64,000 nt of DNA from Eledone cirrhosa. Its lineage: Eukaryota. Numbering within the stretch: the first letter of the stretch is position 1; each line of letters begins with the position of its first letter. The stretch covers positions 80,290,001 through 80,354,000 of the forward strand of contig OZ024742.1 in NCBI GenBank assembly GCA_964016885.1, written 5' to 3'. The notes under the pieces were generated by a model. That model was given only the letters and a program-made list of their open reading frames with translations. It made no database searches and was not told where the DNA came from. Positions 52,919-64,000 of the stretch are shown here, piece by piece. The position numbers and the translations under genes were made by a program.

Positions 52919-53744
52919 AATTAATGTTGAGGAATGTGAAAATAAAATAAATATGAAATGTGTTAGAAACTGGTAGTTTAGAGTGGGCCTGCATGTGTTA
53001 TATACTTGGAAGTAAATCGATCTCAGGGAAATTTGCACTATTTCCATGACTAGAGCTGAATAAAATATGTATGAGAGTGAAGTAACTATTTGGTCGATAT
53101 GATCGAATAAACCATTTGACATATCTCCCCAAGCATAACTGCAGCTGTCCTGTTATTGGAATCAGTAAGGGAATATGCTATTAAAATTGAAATGCTTTAG
53201 TTTATTCCAAAGCGCGTATGGATTTCTTGGAGGCTTGGTAGAATCGTTTAGAATATAGGCAGTAATGGATTTCTTGAGAAAGCGTGACACTTCGCTAAAT
53301 ATATTCCATATATTTGGAGAGCTCTGTGATAATAGGTTTAGAAATGTAGGTATCGCTTTGAGAACAGCACTAGTGGAAATGTAAATGCAGAGAGGTGTTG
53401 ATATATGTACCAAAATCCATTAATAGAACACCTCTAAGAAGCCGAACAAAATGTTAGAGTTAGGAGCCATACACACCTTAAATCATACCCTGCTATACTA
53501 AAGTTAGGAGAATCTGGATTATGATATAGCTGAGCAAAGAGTATGTATAGAATCTGCCTAGAATGAATTAGATCATAGTAGTTTGAGAAATTTCAGGTGT
53601 CGTAATAATTAAGTTAATATATCTGACAAGGCTGACTAAGACATTTGCATCGAGCGTTATAAAAATTTCCTATTTAAGAAGGGTGAATAAATTAAGTATA
53701 AACATGTAATGGTGTTGCTACCTTGTAATATATATATATATATA

Positions 53745-56700
53745 TGAGAGTATTGAAGTTTGCTTGAAGCATTGTGGAATAATAAGGTAAATTTCTTTAA
53801 GTCGTTTGGAAGCGTCGTAAATGCAGATGGGTAAAACTCCGGGTAACAAGACGCGGTCGTGGAGAGAGAGATGTAAGTGGGTGTACGTTGAGATGCGTGG
53901 CGTATATAAGACTGTAGCGTGTAGAGGAATGAAGGAAAGAGCGTAAAGGATAAAAATAAAAATAACAACACGAGAAAGAGTTACCTTGGGAGAGATTTAG
54001 TTGTCCCTATATGTTTCGGATTCACAACCATCAGCTGAGGCATCTCAACCGCCAATTACAAATCCATAAGCGGACACTCTCAGAGCGGACACATCGACTG
54101 TCAATAATACCCGGCGACTTGCTCCTGAAAATCACTAAAGCAATCGACCAGTGCTACCACTCCAGAGTCCAATACAAGAAAAAACGGTTCAAGCGGGAAT
54201 ATGACTGGATCTTTTCTAAACTCCACAACGAGAACATCGACACTAACGAACAGACGGACCAGAACCACGTAGAAAACAACAACTCAACAACCGCCGCCGC
54301 CGCGTCCATCAACACCGAGCCAACGATGCGACGCACCTGGTCACCGACCTAACCGGCACTCTCACGAGCGACGACCTGAAACTCCTACATATTGGACCCA
54401 AGTTCATCGTCTCACAACGACTCGACGACAGACTCAAAGTCAACATCGAGGCCAACTTATGTCGAGCCGCCTACCAACTTGAATGGGTGACCGCCATCAA
54501 CAGCGCCACAGAAAATAACAGCGCCCACGCAACCCACCCCAATTCCCCAATTACCTACCCGACAACCCACTCTACCCCTCATCCACCAACCACGAATTCG
54601 ACACTAACCTCATCAGGCTAACACACTCCATCTCGGATTTACTTCAGAAACACACACACACACGCACAACACACAACCTCACCAAATCTCAACTCGCCAC
54701 TCTCTCCAACCTAAAATCGAAGAACCTCATCTACCTCCCCTGCGTCATCAGCAGAGAGGCCTACAACACCCTGGTCCCCCAACACCTTTACGATGACAAT
54801 CTCTACTCCAAGGTCACGGGAATCACTCACGCGCAGACAGAAGAGCACATCAACCCCGCCTGGACAAACATCTGCGACCGGCGGAAGCTCCCGAAGAAGC
54901 TGAGATACAACCTCCTCACGAGGAACAGCAGACTACACGCCTTCTACCACCTCTGAAAACACACAAACAGGGACCCGACCTGAAGATCAGGCCCATTGTA
55001 TCGAGCGTGGAAGGACCACTCTAGCCAGAATACTCAAACCCGTCTTAGACACCTTGCCGGGACACGTTAACAGCTCCGAGGAGGTGTTGAAGCGCCTGCA
55101 TCAAATGGATCCCGACACCAGAAAGATTAACAGATTTGCCTTCAACTTTGATGTAGTCGCTCTCTACACCTCGGTCCCGGCACTCCCGGCCGTCTATATA
55201 ATGATCAAACGCGTCCAATCCACCGACGTACACTGCTTCGGGCTCACCACCAATGACATCCACCAACTCCTATCCATCGTCGTCGACAACACCTTTCGGA
55301 TTCCTTGACCAAACATACGAACAAACCTTAGGAGTGCCCATGGGATCAAGTCTGTCGGGTGTGCTAGCTATCTCTTACATGGATATCCTCGAGCGCAAGG
55401 CACTCAACGCCTGCCACCCCAACGCCGTCGCCTTTTTCTCAAGGTACGTGGACGATATCCTCATCCTCACATCTTCCCAAGACATGGCGAACAGAATCTA
55501 TGAGACGTTCAATAACACGGACGAGAACATTGACTTCAGTGTTGAACTGTTCAACACCCCAATGATGACGGGTCACTTGCTCTCCTCGACTTCCGAATCA
55601 ACATCACGGAACAGGGAGGGATCCACTGCAAGTTCGACCGAAAGGCAGCCTCAGGGACCTGTTCGTCCACTACAAGTCCGCCCTCCCTAACAGTGCCAAA
55701 TGAGGATACATCACGAACGAGATCGCACGAATCAAAAACAGATCCAGCGATCCCGCGAGTGGTGTTACTCATACCAAGCGATTCCTCGAGGTGCTGGAGA
55801 CTGCCCGATGCGCCATGCGAACTGTTGCCTACGCACATACGTCGTATATAAGATAGAATGTAACTTGTGCGACCAATACTATATAGGTAGAACAATCCGG
55901 CCGTTGCACATCCGGATCAAGGAGCACACTAACACCAGGGCCTCGTATTTCTGGAAACACATAGCCAAATGCAGAAACAAAGACGGAAGGCCCATTGTCA
56001 CAATTCTAGCGACAGAAAGAAACGTCGGCACGTTACGTATCAAGGAAGCACTTTGGATCAAACGCCTAGGGCCACAATTAAACAACCGATCCGAGAGAAG
56101 CGAAATGAGGTGGTTGGTTTAAGTTAACAAAAGATGCAGCAACACAAGCACACACACACAGAAGCAAGACAGCAACACACGCACACACACACACAAGCAA
56201 GACAGCAACACACGCACAAACAGACACACACAGTAGCATTCCACCACACGAACATACTACACTGCCAATACAGAGGAACAAGGCAACAACACACGCACAC
56301 ACACAAACACTCAAGCAAGACAACAACACACGCACACACACACACACACAGTAACATTCACTAAACAGGGAGAGAATACTATGGACTGACAGCTAGCGCC
56401 ATCCCACTCCCACAATTGAAAGAACTACTTCGGCCGCTGACCTCTGCCTGACCGACCACATTTCACGCGCATGCGCGCTCTGCTGAATACCTGAGATATT
56501 CAAAACAACGAACAGCGGAGGACACTTTTCGCACCTTTCCGACGGACAACCTTGCCCCCCCCCCCCCGAAAAAAACGCGGTTCATGGATGTGAATCCGAA
56601 ATATATAGGGACACTTAAATCTCTCCCATCTCCGAAGGTAACTCTTTCTCGTGTTGTTATCTTTATTTTTATCCTTTATACTCTTCCCTTAATTCTTCTA

Positions 56701-56830
56701 CACATCTTATACACGCCACGCATCTCAACTTACCCCTACTTACATCTCTCTCTCCACCACCGGGTCTTGTTACCCGGAGATTTACCCATCTGCATTGCCG
56801 AGGCTTCCAAACAACTTAAATAAATTTACC
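53745..56830 (+). mobile_element. Penelope-like element with inverted 5' pLTR segment
   Basis: 53786-54031 is an inverted copy of 56584-56830. Fragmented RT-GIY-YIG ORF. Degenerate HHR (..GAAA-TATA-TA-GGG, 56598-56610). TA tracts at both flanks. Confidence 0.9.
54032..56122 (+). pseudogene. Penelope RT + GIY-YIG, frameshifted
   Basis: GPKF, KTHK...IRPIVS, FDVVALYTSVP, YEQTLGVPMGSSLS, RYVDD, VVYKIECNLCDQYYIGRTIRPLHIRIKEH, LRIKEALWI..L.PQLN. Confidence 0.9.
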
Positions 56831-56903
56831 ATATATATATATACATATATGTGTATGTGTATGTGTGTGTATGTGAGTGGGTATCTATATATATATATAT
56901 ATA

Positions 56904-56993
<90 letters not shown>

Positions 56994-57027
56994 ATATATA
57001 GATAGATATATATATGTGTGTGTGTAA

Positions 57028-57075
<48 letters not shown>

Positions 57076-58128
57076 CAATTGTTTCATATACACGTAGACA
57101 ACTAATATTACATTTCAAAATGAATGTTTAATTTTGTGGTTTAAGTTGTTGAGCATCATTCTTATACAATACACGTGTTTGAGAGAGATCAGCCTGGTAA
57201 CCAGGTGATTCCGTGCTCAATGTAAAACAAATACCTTCTAGAATACGTAACTTAGTAATGGCTTCTAACTTAACGTAGTTGTTTTCAGTTAAAAACGCTT
57301 CCATATATACAGGAGAACTTGAAAAACAGACAATTGGTTTTGTTACCTCGCTAATTGTGTTGTCAGCAAAGTACCAACACCCACGAAAAAGAAAAAGCAA
57401 ACAATTAATTATCGTCTCTCAGATAGAAACGTTTACTCACATACATGGTGAAGATTTATATTCAGGGACAAACTGCAATTAAATATGGACGTGACTTTAA
57501 TTAATATAATTAATGTGTGTAAATGTCAAGTCAACCTGAAGATGTGATATTTGATGATGGTTCAATAGGAGAGAAATGGAAACAACGGAGAATAAAACGA
57601 CGAGACAATGGGATACGAATGAATTGTTAGTGAACTGATCTTATAACCGGCTCTGTGTCGTGCGTATCTGAAAAATATATACTGCATTTAAAGATTTGTA
57701 TTCATAAAGCTCTATGTGTGTACTATCCGAAACCGCAATGTTGATTTGTAGTACGTATCGATTAGAATTGTGTATGTATGTATGTATATAAAATATTCGG
57801 GTTTGTTCATCTATTATATGGTCAGTCGCCTCCACACGCATATATATGCAAACGTACACGCCCCCCCCCCCATATATATATATATATATATATATAAACA
57901 TATATATATACATAATGTGGAATAAGCAACAGATGTATATGGAAAGGATATATCTATATTTAGACAGAATAGCTGTAGTCAAGACAGCGTATCGATTTCC
58001 AATGGTTTTTATATAATGTGAACAACCAGTTGTATCATATTCATAAATATACATTGAAGTACGTATATTCAGGATGTTTACAGGTCCACATGTCGCATGT
58101 ACACAGTCCGGGTTTCTTCTATACTGTA

Positions 58129-58163
<35 letters not shown>

Positions 58164-58295
58164 CACCTCTTAGATTTTCTTATTGTGTCCGGAAACACAC
58201 ACACGTACATATATATGTATATATATATAAAGACAATTTGTTTTCCCACTCACATAGCGGGTTGCATAAATGTATTTATGAGTTTTATATCGAAT

Positions 58296-58351
58296 AATAA
58301 TGATTTCTACTGTTGGCACAAGCCAATCAATTATTCCAGTGCATTACTGGT
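58296..58351 (-). mobile_element. SINE 3' fragment
   Basis: TTTCTACTGTTGGCACAAGCCAATCAATTATTCCAGTGCATTACTGGT resembles the SINE tail. Confidence 0.55.
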
Positions 58352-58791
58352 GATGAGAAATTGAATGTTTATTAAACTTATTTCAATAGAAATTTTGAAT
58401 GTTGACACCGCAGCAAGACATCAGCCATACTCACTGAACCAGGAATATTTCTCCCCCACCTATTTCTTGACCACTATCTTTTGTTTAGCACAAAACATTC
58501 TATGACAAACCAAACTTTTCTGGCACCTATATTATATGGCCAATCATGTGACAGTGTCTATCAATTAAAATGGCAATAAAGAACCCCCAAAACACTAACT
58601 GGTTCAAAATGTGATGTACTTACTCATGTGACAGACATTAACCAACAAAATTACACTAATGTGAGTCACATATTTTAAAACAATAATGTGAGTCACATAT
58701 TTTAAGGCAAATACAACAGGAACTAGTGCGAAATTTATTGTACTTATTCACGTCACAGACATGTTTTTTTTTTTAGAAAAACATCATTTTC

Positions 58792-58849
<58 letters not shown>

Positions 58850-59320
58850 TTGTGTATGTTTGTGTGTTTGTGTGTGTTTGTGTGTGTGTATAATACAGTA
58901 TATAGGGAAGAAAACACAGAAAGGGTACGTTTTCAATTACAAGGGGTAGAGAACAACTATAGTAAATCATATAAGGTCTCCGAATAATAATTAAAAGGTA
59001 AAATTAAAATGTAAAAAGCCCACCTTTATAACTGTACGACACATGGACGTTCCCAAAGGAGAGAATATTTCTCCATAAATAGTGCTGTTATTATACCTTC
59101 TCTGGGTTCATCAACAGGTGTAAAGATGATATAGCCAACAATTCTAAAGATATTTCAGAAGGCTGAATAAAGCACATGATGAGAGAACGAAAACATGCAC
59201 ATCAGACAGTATATAGTGACATGAATGGATCAAGAAGGCGGTAGAAATGGCAACCTATAACCATTCAACGGAGAAAGCTCTACGAGAGAAGAAATTGAAA
59301 GCCATATTTCAATTTATATA

Positions 59321-59381
<61 letters not shown>

Positions 59382-59392
59382 AGAGAGAGAGA

Positions 59393-59442
<50 letters not shown>

Positions 59443-59454
59443 GAGAGAGTGTGT

Positions 59455-59504
<50 letters not shown>

Positions 59505-59509
59505 TATAA

Positions 59510-59986
59510 TTACACAAAGAGAAGTGTGTTACACAGTGAGATGTGTGTACATAATTATTACTCTTAATTACGATCCTTGTACTTAACGAGCTCCAAATTG
59601 TTGAGCTAATAATTTCGAATGGTGGGGCTGCCCTCTCTACCATTTTCCCCAATCCATGAGACCAGTTATTTGATGCAAATAACACGTGATATCGCCCTAC
59701 TCTGGGCAGCGTGTATATTAGCTGTTTCTCTATCCATGAGGTTAGATGTGTCGTGAACAGAATCCACATTTGCTGACTGAGGACCTGTGGGCTGTTTTAC
59801 TGCACATATAGGTGGTGAAACGAACGAGATTCGTATCAGCAAACTTATAGACTCAGAGATTTTATACTGACTTAGTTTTTTTCCATTTAATTGCTAAACC
59901 TGTAGATATTGTTCTCTATACAGTAACGGTAAAACTCACTTGTAATAATTCTTTACACACTTCTCTTTGTGTAATATATTTGCATA
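59510..59986 (+). mobile_element. HHR-containing element, family A, second copy, 5'-truncated with inverted terminal segment
   Basis: 59559-59986 is homologous to about 4907-5379. 59510-59561 is the reverse complement of the family 3' terminal repeat. Left flank is (TA)n. Confidence 0.85.
59769..59843 (+). ncRNA. Type I hammerhead ribozyme
   Basis: TTTGCTGA-CTGAGGA(59777)-stem II-GAAA(59817)-CGAA(CGAGA)TTCG-TA-TCAGCAAA. Confidence 0.75.
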
Positions 59987-60043
59987 TATGCGTGTGTGTG
60001 AGTGTGTGTGTGTGTGTGTGTGTATGTGTGTGTGTGTGTGTGT

Positions 60044-60084
<41 letters not shown>

Positions 60085-60115
60085 TATGTGTGTGTGTGTA
60101 TGTGTGTGTGTGTGT
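59985..60115. repeat. (TG)n microsatellite
   Basis: Direct reading. Confidence 0.95.
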
Positions 60116-60535
60116 TTAGCTACATTTATTATGAAATATACATAGGCACTTACTTAGAAATATATGAATACCTACATACTATCTTATTGCAATTGGCAAA
60201 CACTTGTTTGGGGTTGGAAAATAGACATTCCTGCATTGGTGAAGAATTTTAAAAAGAAACCAGAATGAACATACATAAAGCTGGCTGCTCAAATATGTTC
60301 TTTATACATATATCTGTGTTTACTTGCGACTTCATATATATCTCTATGAGATAGTCAATCATTCATACTTTGAAACTGATACAAGAAACTTTTTATAGTT
60401 CGGAAGATGTATATAAACTGCGGCGCAGTTGTTTCTAAAAACATATTTCTGATTTACTAATTTAATTTACTGCTTCAAGCAAAAAGCTTGCTTACATATT
60501 TAAAAAAAAATGTCCTTTGTTGTTTTTTTTTCTGT

Positions 60536-61458
<923 letters not shown>

Positions 61459-61897
61459 TTACTGCAGTTCTTCGTCTTACCCCAGTGCCTGTGGTGAATT
61501 TATTTTTATCTGCGGCTTCTCACGTTAGTATAAATTGATATTTTTTTATCGTTTCTGTATATAGAAATAACGATATTTCACGCATATATTTTATTTTATA
61601 AGAAATAAATCCTAAAGGTTTAGACATTTATAAATATGCACACAAATTTATGAGCTGCCACTAAATTAAATAATATCGGGAATCGTAAATAGAATATATT
61701 TCATTTCTGCGAAAACGAAATTATTCAGTCGATGTTGTTTATCTTTATGAGAAAGATAAAGATCGTTATCACTGACTCACACAATATTCTCTATGACCAA
61801 TTCTAGAATAGTAAGGAAACTTGCCCTGGGAAAACCACTGCCCTATATTTCTGAAGAGCATTTGACTTGAAGGACCATATATACATAGATATATACA

Positions 61898-61983
<86 letters not shown>

Positions 61984-64000
61984 TATATATATATATATAT
62001 ATTAGTAATTACAAAATCTAATAACAAGTAATCATACATAGATATACACCTGCTAAGACTCATTAGCATATCTGTAAGATAGCACAGTCACATACAGAAG
62101 CACAAAACCAAGTTGCATCTCGCACGCCGTCATGGACAAATTGACCTCTTTTAAATAGTTAGCACATATACACATAGTTAGCACATCTCAGTCTGATCTC
62201 TTTTCACTTGACAAAATTATTTAGTTACTGCAGCCACGTGTATCATTCCATCTACCACAAACAGTCATCTACCCAACAAGAGACACCTTTGCCAGTTATC
62301 AATGTGTAAAAGACGTAAATCCCACCCTATCTTCACTCTCCTTTTAATTGCATTGAATCTACTATTACATTATCCAGTATACCTTATTTCATTTGAGCAC
62401 AGAATTTTCATCTCACTGTGTATCATTTTTCTGAATATACCTCATTTTCGACTTCAGCTCAAACTCCTTACAATCATATTCCCTCCGGTTCAAACACACA
62501 CGCATGCACCATACACACAAATACACATACACACACATACACACGCACACAAACACCCACCCAGACACCTAAGCCCCACACACAAACACTGGAAAAAACA
62601 GTTTCCTGTGCGACACAACGCATTCACATACAACCACAGTTACATACAGGAAAATACAATTAGAGGTCGGACCTTTACGCCGAACCCAAACACAATCTAA
62701 TAATAATAATAACACCGGAAACAATATCAATAATAATCATGATAATTATGATTTTACTTGAGGAAAATACAAATACAAAGACAACACTACAGAACAGAAA
62801 TTGGAGTTCACGACAAGTAGAGTAAAGAAGACCTCACTGATGTGAAAGCTGTAAGAATAACTGTAATGGAATTTGAATTATATATATATATGATAGAAGA
62901 AAAAGAAAACAATAATAAGTATTAGCCAGAACATTTTCCCCAATATTGGTTGATTGTACTTGACTGAAGCACGGTCAAGGAGAAGATCTAATGCACGAAA
63001 AGCGACCAAGACGGTTGGGCTTCACATTTTTCGCCGTCGTTGAAGTACTTGTTTTACTTTCCCAAGTACGTTAGTTGTATGTCATGTGTGTCCATCAAAA
63101 GTGAGGGTACTACTAGTCCACCATGGAATGGTTGTGTGTAGCAAAATGATTTTATGAGCAATAGGATTTATCTTTTCTACAAGTGGAAGAACGTTCTTTC
63201 CAATTTGGTTTGGTGATTTTTGTATGCACGGTATGAAAGGGAATCGATTATATACTATCAAAACATTGCAGCGCTTGTCATCTTTCTCTGACTATTGACG
63301 AACCTGTAATTCTCTTTCACTTTCTGGTAAGATTGACTTCCTTGGCTGTGACCTCTTTGCAGTCGTTGTTGGCATGATCCTTCCTCTGCACATGCTGCAC
63401 TCACTCCCCACTTTTCTTTTCTTTCTTGGCAGTGCCATTACGTGCAGGCTTGCCTGAATGGGGTGTTCTCATGCTGTGACCGCTTTCGAGATCATAATAA
63501 ACAAAGCCAGCATGTAGGAGTTAACAACTGCCCTGAAGATTTCTCCTTCGCAGATTGCCTCAGTTTGTGCTACTTCATCAGCTAAGATTGGTATTTCGCA
63601 ACAATTTGCCTCCTTCGTTGAGAATCAAATTCTAAGCAACCACTGAGATGAAGTTTATCATGAATAGATCTGCCAGAGATTGCACATATCTGTCCAGCGT
63701 TACTATAGAAAATCGCCAACCTCTGCTCCGCAACATTTTCCAAAACGTTCAACTTTGAGACGTGAGGATTTTTTTTTATAATGCTCTGCTTTTTACCTTG
63801 TATTTTCCCCAGCTAAGATGATTAGGGATTCTCCAAGTCTGCCACATGCAGTAGAGAATTGCCTTGACAATAACGAAAATGTATGTTATGTAGAAGTAGA
63901 ACTCCTTTGGTACAACGTCGAATACCGAACTAAGATGTGCTTTACGCTATACATTGCCTATCTGGTGAAGGATATCTGGGATTATATCCATTTCTTCTGG

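Noticed and set aside
52950-53700. Possible CR1/L2 LINE remnant on the minus strand (similar weak signal at 41.55-42.1 kb)
   Set aside because: Too degenerate to support by eye.
58657-58705. Short tandem duplications (also 5570-5612)
   Set aside because: Ordinary 21-27-bp slippage duplications with no further structure.

Overview
AT-rich, microsatellite-saturated eukaryotic DNA, most likely an octopus or other coleoid cephalopod (inferred from tRNA-derived SINEs with a Nin/Deu-type core, RTE/Tx1/Penelope remnants and very dense (TA)n/(CA)n tracts). I can identify no host gene. Almost all ORFs in the track are translated microsatellites. The real coding remnants all belong to transposons: two Tx1/L1 LINEs, several RTE LINE fragments, four Penelope-like elements (PLEs; RT and/or GIY-YIG), a Chapaev3-like DNA transposon, a non-autonomous Gypsy-type LTR element and a Helitron-like element. 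The most notable signal is a dense set of hammerhead-ribozyme (HHR) motifs, about a dozen intact or degenerate copies. They include two small non-coding retrozyme-like families: a 481-nt tandem unit at 39.5-41.0 kb, and a 548-nt unit at 4.76-5.38 kb with a second copy at 59.5-60.0 kb. These sit in (TA)n tracts, share a non-canonical U.U pair at the base of stem II, carry an octamer about 90-100 bp upstream of the ribozyme, and show 5' inversions, several breaking inside HHR stem II. Fold-back palindromes often lie beside them. All calls were made by eye; no folding or database search was run.
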